64,000 bases of DNA, taken from Alphaproteobacteria bacterium. GTDB lineage: Bacteria > Pseudomonadota > Alphaproteobacteria > JAOXRX01. The stretch lies in NCBI GenBank assembly GCA_025800285.1, contig JAOXRX010000037.1, forward strand, positions 52,651 to 116,650, written 5' to 3'. This document shows positions 50,737 to 60,802 of this stretch, piece by piece. The position numbers and the translations under genes were made by a program. Within the stretch, counting starts at the first letter, position 1. Every line of letters begins with the position of its first letter. The notes below the pieces were generated by a model. That model was not told where the DNA came from, did not search any database, and worked only from the letters and a program-made list of their open reading frames with translations.

Positions 50737-51423
50737 ATGAAAAAGAATTTATTTGTATTAATTTTATTGCTGTGCACTTCTTGCTCTTACCAGAAATATA
50801 ATATTTTTGGTGGTAAAGTTATGTACGCAGAAGATATAAAACCAGAATATAAAAAAGCTCAAGCAGTTAAAGAGTATAAAGAAGAAACAATAGTAGCAGA
50901 AAAAGAAGAAAGCTCTAATCGACCTCAGATAAAAGAGTTAAAAGTTGGAGAGTTTCCTAATATAAAAGACATCCCAACAGAGCCTAAAAACTTCCCTAAA
51001 AAAGCTGACATAGATAATCAGAAAAGAGATCTTTTATCAAAAACTACTGTTATAGAAAGTAACTCTGCAATTATAACAGAGTCAATCTTCTCTGGCTTTG
51101 ATGACGAGTTATTGCAATTTACTGTTTCAGATATAATGAGCAGAAACTTACCGAAAGAATATAAAGATCAAAGAGCCTTACTATCCGCTTCAATTAAAAA
51201 TGAAATATCTGCTGATGATTTATCAGCTATAGAACTAATCGCAAAAGATCGTATTATAAATATAAAACCTATATTACTATCTTTCAATAAAGATTCAAAT
51301 GATGCATTTATTGAAGAGACTATCTCTACACTACTATTAATGGGAATTGACCCTTCAATGGTATATGTAAATAGAAAAAATTCATCTAAAAACCTTAATG
51401 CAGAAGTATATCTGTACTACTAA
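50737..51423 (+). CDS. Hypothetical lipoprotein (228 aa).
   Basis: Signal peptide with Cys (LLLCTSCS). No recognised domain. Confidence 0.5.
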   Translation: MKKNLFVLILLLCTSCSYQKYNIFGGKVMYAEDIKPEYKKAQAVKEYKEETIVAEKEESSNRPQIKELKVGEFPNIKDIPTEPKNFPKKADIDNQKRDLLSKTTVIESNSAIITESIFSGFDDELLQFTVSDIMSRNLPKEYKDQRALLSASIKNEISADDLSAIELIAKDRIINIKPILLSFNKDSNDAFIEETISTLLLMGIDPSMVYVNRKNSSKNLNAEVYLYY

Positions 51424-51452
51424 CAAAATTGTGAAATCATGAGGAGCATAGA

Positions 51453-53192
51453 ATGAGTTTATCTGTATTAAAGCAAAAATGGGAATTTAAAGAAGCATCT
51501 GAAAGAGATGTTTTACACCTTTCGCAAGTCAAAGGCATAGATGCAAACATAGCTTCTCTTTTAGTATCAAGAGACATAACTGTTGATAATTATGACAAAT
51601 TCATAAACCCTACACTAAAAGATCAAATGCCAGATCCATACACATTAAAAGATTGCGAAAAAGCTTGTAAAATAATCTGCGACTCTATTGAGAAAAAAGA
51701 AAAAATAGTAATATATGGAGATTATGATGTAGATGGAGGAACAGCTACATCTGTATTTATAAATTTTTTAAAACAGTTAGATACAAATGTAGATTTTTAT
51801 ATACCAAATAAGTTAAATGAAGGCTATGGTCCAAATGCAGAAGTTTTTAAAAGACTCGAAAAAGACACAGATTTAATAGTAACTGTTGACTGCGGAACAT
51901 CTGCTTTTGATGTTATAGATAATACAAATATAAAAGTGGTTATAACAGATCATCATATGGCAGAAGAAAGGCTTCCTAAAGCTGAAGCAATTGTAAACCC
52001 TAAAAGACTTGATGACAACTCTGGACTTGATGGCATAGCTGGTGTTGCTGTTGCATTTTTAGTTTGTGTTGCTGTAAATAGAGAGCTTGAAAATCGTGGT
52101 TATTTCAAAAATAGAGAAAAACCTAATTTAGTATACCTATTAGATTTAGTTGCTTTAGGAACTATATGTGATGTTATGAAACTAGTAGATATAAATAGAG
52201 TTTTTGTGTCTCAAGGGCTAAAGATTCTAAACAAACAAAGCAATTGCGGTTTAAAAGCTTTAATAGATTTATTAGACATAAACAAAAAGATAGACACTTA
52301 TCATTTAGGTTATGTTTTTGGCCCAAGAATAAATGCTGGAGGCAGATTAGGAGAGTCTTTCTTAGCAACAAAATTAATGACTTCAAAAAATTATAATGAA
52401 GCTTTTGAAATTGCTAAAAAGCTTAATAGCCTAAACGAAGATAGAAAAGAAATAGAGAGTCGAATACATGAAGAAGCTCTAGCCTATTTAAGCGATGAAA
52501 TTGAAAACAGAGAGCTAAAAAGCAATCTTTCATTTGTATATAATCCTGATTGGCATAGTGGAGTTTTAGGAATTGTTGCATCAAGACTAAAAGAAAAATT
52601 TAATAAGCCTTCTTTTGTATTATGCTGTGAAAAAGGAGTTGCTTATGGTTCAGGAAGGTCTGTAAGTGGTGTAGATATTGGAGCCATAGTAGTACTTGGA
52701 AAACAAAAAGGTCTTATAAAAGACGGAGGCGGTCATAAAATGGCTGCAGGTTTCTCTTGTGATATAGATAGAATCGAAGAAGTTAAGAACTTTATAAGTA
52801 AACAAATAGCAAAAGCTACTGATGGCAAAGAAATAGTAAAAACTTTAAAAATAGATTCTGTAATATCTATAAAAGGAGCGAACAAAGATTTAATAGAAGC
52901 TATAGATTTAATGTCTCCATTTGGGAATGGAAATCCTCAACCTAGATTCTGCTTTCAAGAATTAAAAATAGCCAAAACAATCGTATTAGCTGGCAAACAT
53001 ATCAAATGTTTTCTAAGTTCCCCATATACAAAAGGAACCCTAGAAGCCATTGCCTTTAATGTTATAGATACAAAAATAGGAGACTTCCTATTAGATAAGT
53101 CCAACAATCCAATATCAGTTGTTGGAACTTTAAATACAAACTCTTGGAACGGTCGAGAAACAATTCAATTAATTATAGAAGATGCAAAATAA
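51453..53192 (+). CDS. recJ: Single-stranded-DNA-specific exonuclease RecJ.
   Basis: DHH motifs (IYGDYDVDGGTA, VDCGTS, ITDHH) and the DHHA1 GGGH motif (DGGGHKMAAG). Confidence 0.93.
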   Translation: MSLSVLKQKWEFKEASERDVLHLSQVKGIDANIASLLVSRDITVDNYDKFINPTLKDQMPDPYTLKDCEKACKIICDSIEKKEKIVIYGDYDVDGGTATSVFINFLKQLDTNVDFYIPNKLNEGYGPNAEVFKRLEKDTDLIVTVDCGTSAFDVIDNTNIKVVITDHHMAEERLPKAEAIVNPKRLDDNSGLDGIAGVAVAFLVCVAVNRELENRGYFKNREKPNLVYLLDLVALGTICDVMKLVDINRVFVSQGLKILNKQSNCGLKALIDLLDINKKIDTYHLGYVFGPRINAGGRLGESFLATKLMTSKNYNEAFEIAKKLNSLNEDRKEIESRIHEEALAYLSDEIENRELKSNLSFVYNPDWHSGVLGIVASRLKEKFNKPSFVLCCEKGVAYGSGRSVSGVDIGAIVVLGKQKGLIKDGGGHKMAAGFSCDIDRIEEVKNFISKQIAKATDGKEIVKTLKIDSVISIKGANKDLIEAIDLMSPFGNGNPQPRFCFQELKIAKTIVLAGKHIKCFLSSPYTKGTLEAIAFNVIDTKIGDFLLDKSNNPISVVGTLNTNSWNGRETIQLIIEDAK

Positions 53193-53193
53193 G

Positions 53194-54093
53194 CTAATTT
53201 AGAAACTCTTTTATTTCTTCCATATGTTGTTCTTTATCTTTTGAAAGAAGGATTAAAGATCTCAAAAATGCTTTTTCATAAAGAGGTCTTGACCCTGTAT
53301 CCATATATAAATCCTCATCATCCTTTACAGGCATATCAATAGAAAAACCTTCATTTTCATACTTATCTAAGAAGTCATTAATTGCATCAACATGAAACCA
53401 CTCTTGATTATGCTCTTCAACTTCTGCTATATATTTAGATATTATTTCATGAGTATTTTTCATGCACTCTTTAGGAATAGCTACAGGAGAAAATCCTCCA
53501 ATATTTGTAGTTGGATTCTTCGGCTTTTCAACAAGTCTTCCCTCTACTAATATAGCATTATTAGATACATCTTCTCTTTTAATGCCCTGAACCAATATTC
53601 TTTTGTCATCATTTAAGAAGTTATTAATAAATTTATTTAAATTTGTATTACTTTCATCTTTTGATATATAGATATCATCTGGGAAGATCATAACACCATG
53701 TCTTCCTTCTGATTGGTCATAAGCAAGAGCTAAACACTGCCCCGTCCCCAAAGCTTTCTCTTGAATAACATATTTTATATCTGCATCCTCTGGAATTTCC
53801 ACTTCTCTTACAACATCTAGAATATCAAATCTGCCCTTAGCTTCTAATTTTTTCTGTATATCAGAATCATCTTTAAAAGCATTTTTAAAAGCATGTATAA
53901 CTTCTTCATTTGAAACTATTATAGTTATGTTTCTTCCACCTATTTTAAATATATCTTTCAGAATATGATCTATTAATCTATAAGAGCCAAATGGCAGTAA
54001 AGATTTATGAGGAAGTCCTTTTGATTGAGGATAATTTCTTGTACTTAATCCTGCACATGGTATTATAAATTCTATATCATTTATTGTTGTCAT
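53194..54093 (-). CDS. Sugar-1-phosphate nucleotidyltransferase (GalU/UGPase-like).
   Basis: N-terminal IIPCAGLSTRNYPQSKGLPHKSLLP (cf. GalU [23 protein letters not shown]). 299 aa. Confidence 0.6.
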   Translation of the reverse strand: MTTINDIEFIIPCAGLSTRNYPQSKGLPHKSLLPFGSYRLIDHILKDIFKIGGRNITIIVSNEEVIHAFKNAFKDDSDIQKKLEAKGRFDILDVVREVEIPEDADIKYVIQEKALGTGQCLALAYDQSEGRHGVMIFPDDIYISKDESNTNLNKFINNFLNDDKRILVQGIKREDVSNNAILVEGRLVEKPKNPTTNIGGFSPVAIPKECMKNTHEIISKYIAEVEEHNQEWFHVDAINDFLDKYENEGFSIDMPVKDDEDLYMDTGSRPLYEKAFLRSLILLSKDKEQHMEEIKEFLN

Positions 54094-54179
54094 ATTATTC
54101 TCCTTTTTAATATATTTATTTTCTATAGCAACAATAAAAATATTGCAATTAAATTCTAAAACAATTACAATTTGTAATT

Positions 54180-55085
54180 ATGAGAAAAAATAAACTATAT
54201 ATATTGCTATTTATAATATTTGCTACATTTATTATTGTGCACTTATTTGGGAACTATGCTATATCAGTTATACCCACAACAATTTATAACACTAAAGATT
54301 TATATAAAGCTTATGAAATAAAAGATAACAAGCTAATAGCAAGAGATAAATCAAATCTTGTTAGAGAGATTGAAGCTCAAACATTCCCTGGGACAGTATG
54401 GAAGATTGCAGAAAAAATTAAGGTTAATAATATAGAATTATATAAAGCTCAAACTCCTGAATATTGGAACACTCCTAAAGACTTCTATTTTTATATAGAT
54501 GCTAGAAGTGTAAAAACAAAGTTTATAAAACCCAGAGCTAGAAAACTTATTTTACCAAACAAAGAAGATTTATTAGAAAAACTTAACAAGATAAAGAAGC
54601 AAACTCAAAAAGAGTTAATACCATATATATGGGGAGGCAACACTTTACAAGGAATAACTGAAAATAGAAAATTTTATTCAAGAGGTAAAGACTTATCAAA
54701 ATTAAACAAACAAGACAAAAAACAATTCTTTCTACAAGGTCTAGACTGTACAGGACTCTTATACTATATAACAGATGGCTATACACCTAGAAACTCATCT
54801 TGGTTAAGAACATTTGGAGACCCTGTAGGCATAGAAGATAAAAGTATTGATGATATAATTAAAATGGTAAAACCTCTTGATATAATAGTTCATCAAGGTC
54901 ATATAGTGTTAATATTAAACTCTGAAGAAACCATTGAATCAAGATTAAGTAAAGGCGGAGGAGTAGTAATAACTCCAATTAGAGAAAGATTTGAAGAACT
55001 ATTTGAAACAAAAGTTCCTTTAAATCATGCTCCATTAGGCAAAAGTGAAAACAGCTGGTTTGTCATAAGACGATTCGTAAAATAA
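54180..55085 (+). CDS. NlpC/P60 (C40) family peptidoglycan peptidase with an N-terminal TM anchor.
   Basis: Catalytic Cys context YIWGGN…GLDCTGLLYYI and His context GHIVLIL. Confidence 0.7.
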   Translation: MRKNKLYILLFIIFATFIIVHLFGNYAISVIPTTIYNTKDLYKAYEIKDNKLIARDKSNLVREIEAQTFPGTVWKIAEKIKVNNIELYKAQTPEYWNTPKDFYFYIDARSVKTKFIKPRARKLILPNKEDLLEKLNKIKKQTQKELIPYIWGGNTLQGITENRKFYSRGKDLSKLNKQDKKQFFLQGLDCTGLLYYITDGYTPRNSSWLRTFGDPVGIEDKSIDDIIKMVKPLDIIVHQGHIVLILNSEETIESRLSKGGGVVITPIRERFEELFETKVPLNHAPLGKSENSWFVIRRFVK

Positions 55086-55156
55086 AATTACTTTCTTTTT
55101 TTTTATTTTTATTGTATAAAACTCTTGGAAATAAAAAATATTAGAAAGGGCTATAA

Positions 55157-56674
55157 ATGAAACCTGTAGTTTTATGTATATTAGATGGATTCGGACACAA
55201 TCCAAACAAAGAATTTAATGCTATTGAATTAGCAAAGACTCCAAACATAGATTCTCTTTTTGAGAAATACCCTCATACTTTAATCTCTGCGAGCGGATTA
55301 GATGTTGGTTTGCCAGATGGTCAAATGGGTAACTCTGAAGTAGGGCACATGAATATCGGAGCAGGTAGAGTTGTATTACAAGACTTACCAAAAATTGAAA
55401 AAACCATTAAAGAAGATACTTTAAAAGATCAAGCAGTTTTAGCAAATGCAATTGCTACTCTTAAAGAGAACGGTAAAACTTGCCATATATCTGGATTACT
55501 TTCTTCAGGTGGAGTTCACTCTCATATAGACCAAATAGAAGCTTTAGCAAAAGCATTTTCAGAACAAGGAGTAACTGTAAAAGTTCATGCTTTACTTGAC
55601 GGTAGAGATACACCTCCATCAAGTGCTATAGATTTTTTAGCAGATTTTGAAAAAAGAATCGAAAAAATGGAAAATGTTTCTATAGCTACAATAGCTGGTC
55701 GTTTTTATGGGATGGATAGAGACAACAACTGGAATCGTGTAGAACCTGCTTATAATGCTATAGTTTCAGCAACAGGAGAATCTTTCTGTTGTGCAGATAA
55801 AGCAATAAAAGACTCATATGAAAACGGGAAAACTGATGAGTTTGTGATACCTTGTGTTATTGAAGGATATAAAGGAATGGAAGACGGAGATGCTTTCATT
55901 TTTGCTAACTTCCGTGCTGATAGAGCTAGAGAAATCACAAAAGCATTATTCCAAAAAAGCTTCGAAGGTTTTGATAGGGATAAAGTTATAGAATTCTCAA
56001 CAAAAGCAGGGATGACTGAATACTCATCTGAACATAATGATTTTATGGACACAATCTTTCCTCCAGAAGAGTTAAAAAATGTTCTTGGTAAAGTTGTTTC
56101 TGACAAGGGATTAAACCAATTAAGAATTGCAGAGACAGAGAAATATGCTCATGTAACATTCTTCCTAAATGGTGGAGAAGAAAAAGTATATGAAGGAGAA
56201 GATAGAATTCTTGTAAATTCTCCAAAAGTTGAAACTTATGATTTACAACCAGAGATGTCTGCTCCAGAGGTTTGCGACAAATTAGTTGATGCTATTAACT
56301 CTGGAAAATATGACTTAGTAGTTGTGAACTTTGCTAACTGCGATATGGTTGGACACACTGGAGTTCTTGAAGCTGCTGTTAAAGCTGTAGAAACAGTTGA
56401 CACATGTGTAGGTAAAGTTGTAGAGGCTGTTAAATCTCAAAGTGGTGCGATGCTTATGACTGCTGATCACGGTAATAGTGAAAAAATGTGGGATGAAGAA
56501 GGCAATTGCCCATTCACTGCTCACACAACTAATCTAGTTCCTTTAATTGCAATTGAATGTGGAGATGTTAATCTAATGCCAGAGGGCGGGAAACTTGCTA
56601 ACATTGCTCCAACAATATTAAAATTAATGGAGGTTGAACAGCCTGCAGAAATGACTGAAGAAAGTCTTTTCTAG
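55157..56674 (+). CDS. gpmI: 2,3-bisphosphoglycerate-independent phosphoglycerate mutase.
   Basis: 505 aa. Catalytic Ser context MGNSEVGHMNIGAGR. Collinear with iPGM. Confidence 0.95.
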   Translation: MKPVVLCILDGFGHNPNKEFNAIELAKTPNIDSLFEKYPHTLISASGLDVGLPDGQMGNSEVGHMNIGAGRVVLQDLPKIEKTIKEDTLKDQAVLANAIATLKENGKTCHISGLLSSGGVHSHIDQIEALAKAFSEQGVTVKVHALLDGRDTPPSSAIDFLADFEKRIEKMENVSIATIAGRFYGMDRDNNWNRVEPAYNAIVSATGESFCCADKAIKDSYENGKTDEFVIPCVIEGYKGMEDGDAFIFANFRADRAREITKALFQKSFEGFDRDKVIEFSTKAGMTEYSSEHNDFMDTIFPPEELKNVLGKVVSDKGLNQLRIAETEKYAHVTFFLNGGEEKVYEGEDRILVNSPKVETYDLQPEMSAPEVCDKLVDAINSGKYDLVVVNFANCDMVGHTGVLEAAVKAVETVDTCVGKVVEAVKSQSGAMLMTADHGNSEKMWDEEGNCPFTAHTTNLVPLIAIECGDVNLMPEGGKLANIAPTILKLMEVEQPAEMTEESLF

Positions 56675-56718
56675 TTAGTTTATTTAATAGGCTTGCAAAT
56701 TAAATTTATTTGTTGTAT

Positions 56719-56750
56719 AAAACCCCTTAGTTATAAGGGGTTTTATTTTA
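56719..56750 (+). terminator. Rho-independent terminator after gpmI.
   Basis: aaaaCCCCTTAgttaTAAGGGGttttatttta. Confidence 0.7.
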
Positions 56751-56851
56751 TCTCTTATAAAATTTCGAGATTCTAGCTCACGGCAAAGCCCGTTCAGAAT
56801 AACGAGTTTAAAGGAATTTTGCCTAACGGTAAAATGAAAGGAAAAATAGAA

Positions 56852-58603
56852 ATGACATTAATAGAAAACAAAATAAATGAAGTGATTAAAACGGCTTTTG
56901 AAAAAGCTGGATTTAATGAAGATTTACTAGGTGTTAAGCCTTCGACTCATGCTGACTTTCAGTGTAATGATGCACTACCATTAGCAAAAAAAGCAGGAAG
57001 AAATCCTAGAGAAATCGCTTCTGAAATTGTTGAAAATTTAAAAAACAGTGATGTTATTGAGTCTGCTGAAATAGCGGGGCCAGGATTTATAAACCTGACT
57101 CTAAAAAATTATTTCCTATCTTCCGTTGTAGAGCAAATTGATAGCGATAAAAAACATGGTTTTGTTAAATATGATGCAAAACAAACTGTTATGTTAGATT
57201 ATTGTTCTCCTAATCTAGCTAAAGAGCTTCATGTAGGACACCTTCGTTCTGTAATTGGAGAATCTGTGAAGAAAATCGAACAATTTTGTGGAAACGAAAC
57301 AATTGCAGACAACCACTTGGGAGATTGGGGAACTCCATTAGGTAAAATAATTTGTGAATTAGAAATAGAGCAACCAGAGTTATGTTATTTCGATAAAAAC
57401 AAGACTGAGGATTATCCTGAAGAATCACCTTTAACAGTTGAAGAGTTAGGAGCTTTATATGTAAGGGCTAACCTTCGTTGTAAAGAAGATGAAGAAGCAG
57501 CGACAAAAGCAAGGATTGCTACAGCTGAGCTACAAGGGGGACGAGCAGGATACAGAGCCTTATGGAAACATTTTGTTAACATATCTATTAATGATCTAAA
57601 ACAATTACTATCTAGACTAGACATTAGCTTTGATGTTTGGGAAGGTGAGTCTATGGCTCAAGATATTCTTGATAACTATCTAATGGCAGAACTAGAACCT
57701 TATACTGAAATGGACTCTGGAGCTAAAATTATTTCATTAAAAGAATTTGAAACAAATAAAACTTTACCTCCTGTTCTGATAGTTAAAACAGATGGGGGAT
57801 ATACATATCACTCTTCTGATTTAGCAGCATTACACAGAAGAATAAATCATTACAAAGCTGATAAAGTTTTATACTTTATGGATGCAAGACAAAGCTTACA
57901 TATGGAACAAATATCTTTAGCGGCTAAAAAGTCTAAAATAATAAAAGAAAACAATCCAATTGTTTTCTGTGGATTTGGAACTGTAAATGGGAAAAACGGA
58001 AAACCTTTCGCTACTAGAGATGGAGGAGTTGCTACTCTTCGATCTTTAATAGAAGAAGCCTTCAATAAAGCAAAAGATATACTTCCAAAAGCAGGAGCAG
58101 AACACTCAGAAGAAGAAATTAACACTTTAGCAAAACAAATATCTGTTGGAGCTCTAAAATTCAATGATATGAAAAACCCTAGAACTTCCGACTATGTGTT
58201 TGACATGGATGCTATCTTATCGTTTGAAGGTAAAACAGGCCCTTATATGCAATATGCAATAGCAAGAATAAATTCAATTTTAGATAAAGCAGAAGGACTT
58301 GCTCTAGATTCTAAAATAGTTATAAAAGAAAAAGAAGAAAGAGCTCTTTCTATACAAATAGATGCTTTCGCTAAAGCAGTAAGTAAGGCTTATGAAAACA
58401 AAGATCCTTACTTTATAGCTGATTACTCTTATGAGTTAGCTAAAAGCTTTAGCTCTTTTTATACAGCTTGCCCAATACTTAATAATGAAAATGAGGAAGA
58501 AAAATTATCTCGTCTGCACTTAGCTAAAACAGTTAGAGAAATATTAATAACTTCTTTAGGATTATTGGGAATTGAAAGCCCTTACAAAATGCTAAGAGGA
58601 TAG
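56852..58603 (+). CDS. argS: Arginine--tRNA ligase. Start placed at MTLIENK; the ORF track starts at 56819.
   Basis: HIGH-region HVGHLRS, a KMSK-like region, and an anticodon-binding C-terminus. Confidence 0.93.
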   Translation: MTLIENKINEVIKTAFEKAGFNEDLLGVKPSTHADFQCNDALPLAKKAGRNPREIASEIVENLKNSDVIESAEIAGPGFINLTLKNYFLSSVVEQIDSDKKHGFVKYDAKQTVMLDYCSPNLAKELHVGHLRSVIGESVKKIEQFCGNETIADNHLGDWGTPLGKIICELEIEQPELCYFDKNKTEDYPEESPLTVEELGALYVRANLRCKEDEEAATKARIATAELQGGRAGYRALWKHFVNISINDLKQLLSRLDISFDVWEGESMAQDILDNYLMAELEPYTEMDSGAKIISLKEFETNKTLPPVLIVKTDGGYTYHSSDLAALHRRINHYKADKVLYFMDARQSLHMEQISLAAKKSKIIKENNPIVFCGFGTVNGKNGKPFATRDGGVATLRSLIEEAFNKAKDILPKAGAEHSEEEINTLAKQISVGALKFNDMKNPRTSDYVFDMDAILSFEGKTGPYMQYAIARINSILDKAEGLALDSKIVIKEKEERALSIQIDAFAKAVSKAYENKDPYFIADYSYELAKSFSSFYTACPILNNENEEEKLSRLHLAKTVREILITSLGLLGIESPYKMLRG

Positions 58604-58667
58604 AAATTGACTTTTAAAAACAAAAGGTCTATATTCTTTTAATACAAAAAATGAAAGAGGAAATAAA

Positions 58668-59906
58668 ATGATAAATTGGATTAAACAAAATAAATTTCAA
58701 TCAGCAGTTCTAGCTATATTAACAGCTCTGTTTATATTCTTAGTAACGGAGAATCAAACAACGATTTTCAACTCTGATACTATTGAGGAGACAACTTCTA
58801 TTGAAGCAGTTGAGCAGAATTCATCGCAGATTGTTAAGATTTTTGAATCTCCTTATTGCCCTCATTGTCATGATTTAAAAGACTTTGTTGAAGATGAGCT
58901 AAAACAAAAATATCCTACAGTTACATTCGATTCACACGATATAACAAAAGATGTTGAGCTTGCTAGATTTAAAGAACATATGATTATGGCAGGACATAAT
59001 CCTAATCGATTAGGAACTCCTACAATCTTCATCAATGAAGAAGTTATTATAGGCTTTGATAATCCTCAAGGTGTAGGAAAGAAAATTGAAGAAACTATAG
59101 ATAATGCTTTCTTCTCCAATGAGAGCAAAAAAAAAACTAGCTCTGTAGAAGATACTTCTAAATCAGAAGAGCTAAAGCAAATAGAGACTTCTTTTGGTGT
59201 AGTTTCTTTAGATAAATCCCTTCCTCTTCTAGCTATAACTTTAGGTCTAGTTGACGGTTTCAATCCTTGTGCTATGTGGGTATTAATATATCTAATATCT
59301 ATAATAATGACAATGAAAGATAAAAAGAAAATGTGGCTAATCGTAGGAACATTTGTTACTGCAGAAGCTATACTTTACTATATTTTGCTAAACTTCTGGT
59401 TATCAGCATTCCTAATGGTTGGTGCTATAAGAATTGTTAGCTTAATAATTGGTATAGTGGCTATTTACTTTGGATTAATGGATTTAAAACAATACTTCCT
59501 AAAAGAAGACATGATTTGCAAAGTGGGAAATCTAGAAAGCAAAAACAGAACAAAAAATAAGATTAAGAGTCTTGCTCATGCAGAAATAACTGTTGCAACA
59601 ATTCTAAGCTTAATTGGACTTGCTTTTGTTGTAAACTCTATGGAGTTTATGTGCTCTGCAGGGATACCAGCGGTGTTTTCTCAAGTTCTAGCAAATGCAG
59701 GAATATCAGGGTTCATGAAGCAAGTTTATATTATTTTGTATGATGTATTCTTCATGATAGATGACTTTATCGTATTTGGACTAGCAATATTTGCTATAGA
59801 CAAATATGTTGGAGACAAGTATATGAGAATTTGTAAGCTTATAGGAGGCTCTATATTAGTAATTCTAGGCATACTTATGATATTCTTCCCAGAACATCTA
59901 AAATAA
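58668..59906 (+). CDS. Fusion protein: an N-terminal thioredoxin/glutaredoxin-fold domain (CPHC) joined to a 6-TM domain with Cys-containing helices (DsbD/CcdA-like). Putative thiol:disulfide transfer protein.
   Basis: TM1, then FESPYCPHCHDL, then a polytopic region with GFNPCAMWVL and EFMCSAGIP. Confidence 0.45.
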   Translation: MINWIKQNKFQSAVLAILTALFIFLVTENQTTIFNSDTIEETTSIEAVEQNSSQIVKIFESPYCPHCHDLKDFVEDELKQKYPTVTFDSHDITKDVELARFKEHMIMAGHNPNRLGTPTIFINEEVIIGFDNPQGVGKKIEETIDNAFFSNESKKKTSSVEDTSKSEELKQIETSFGVVSLDKSLPLLAITLGLVDGFNPCAMWVLIYLISIIMTMKDKKKMWLIVGTFVTAEAILYYILLNFWLSAFLMVGAIRIVSLIIGIVAIYFGLMDLKQYFLKEDMICKVGNLESKNRTKNKIKSLAHAEITVATILSLIGLAFVVNSMEFMCSAGIPAVFSQVLANAGISGFMKQVYIILYDVFFMIDDFIVFGLAIFAIDKYVGDKYMRICKLIGGSILVILGILMIFFPEHLK

Positions 59907-59997
59907 GCCTTAAAAGCATTTAAATAAGCACTATTGAAAAATATATTTTTTATGTTATAATGAAAATCTCAATACAATTGAGTTAGAAAGATATTTT

Positions 59998-60801
59998 ATG
60001 AAGATATTATTTATCGGAGATGTAATTGGCAAAACTGGAAGAAAGTCAATAATTAAACATCTACCAACATTAATAAAAGAAAAAAACATTGACTTTGTGG
60101 TAGCAAACGGAGAGCATATTTCTCACGGATACGGAATACAAGAAGAGCAATGTAAGCCTCTTTTTGAAGCGGGTATAGACTGCTTTACAGGAGGAAACCA
60201 CACTTTTAAAAACAGAGCAGGATTTCACTTTATATCATCAGATAAAAGAATTTTAAGACCTGAGAACTTTCCTTTAGGTTCAATTGGAAGAGGTTTTGAA
60301 GTTTATGAAAAAAATGGTAAAAAAATTCTGGTAATAAATTTAATTGGACAAATTTATATGGATACTTATGATTCTCCGTTTGTTGCTGCAGATAAAATAA
60401 TGGAGAAATTCTCTTTAGGGAATAATATTGATGCCATTTTTGTAGATTTTCATGCAGAAGCTACAAGTGAAAAAATGGGGATTGGGCATTATTTAGACGG
60501 TAGAGTTTCTGCTGTTGCGGGCTCTCATACTCATGTTCCTACTGCAGATCTGCACATAATGGAAAAAGGTACTGGTTATATAACTGATGCAGGAATGTGT
60601 GGAGATTATAACTCTATGATTGGAATGAAAACCGAAGGAGGTCTACATAAGCTAATATCTAAAGTTCCTAATGGTCCATTTGAAGTTTCAAAGGGGGAAG
60701 CTTCTTTTGTTGCTTGCATATTTGAAACAGATGAAAGCGGTTTATGTAAATCAGTAGAACAAATTAAAATTGATGGTTTTTTAGAAAGAGTTGAATTATA
60801 A
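59998..60801 (+). CDS. YmdB-family metallophosphoesterase (TIGR00282; 2',3'-cyclic-nucleotide phosphodiesterase-like).
   Basis: [15 protein letters not shown]…[14 protein letters not shown]…GGNH. 267 aa. Confidence 0.8.
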   Translation: MKILFIGDVIGKTGRKSIIKHLPTLIKEKNIDFVVANGEHISHGYGIQEEQCKPLFEAGIDCFTGGNHTFKNRAGFHFISSDKRILRPENFPLGSIGRGFEVYEKNGKKILVINLIGQIYMDTYDSPFVAADKIMEKFSLGNNIDAIFVDFHAEATSEKMGIGHYLDGRVSAVAGSHTHVPTADLHIMEKGTGYITDAGMCGDYNSMIGMKTEGGLHKLISKVPNGPFEVSKGEASFVACIFETDESGLCKSVEQIKIDGFLERVEL

Positions 60802-60802
60802 A

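Noticed and set aside
55750-58164. Minus-strand ORFs inside gpmI and argS
   Set aside because: Antisense to conserved genes.
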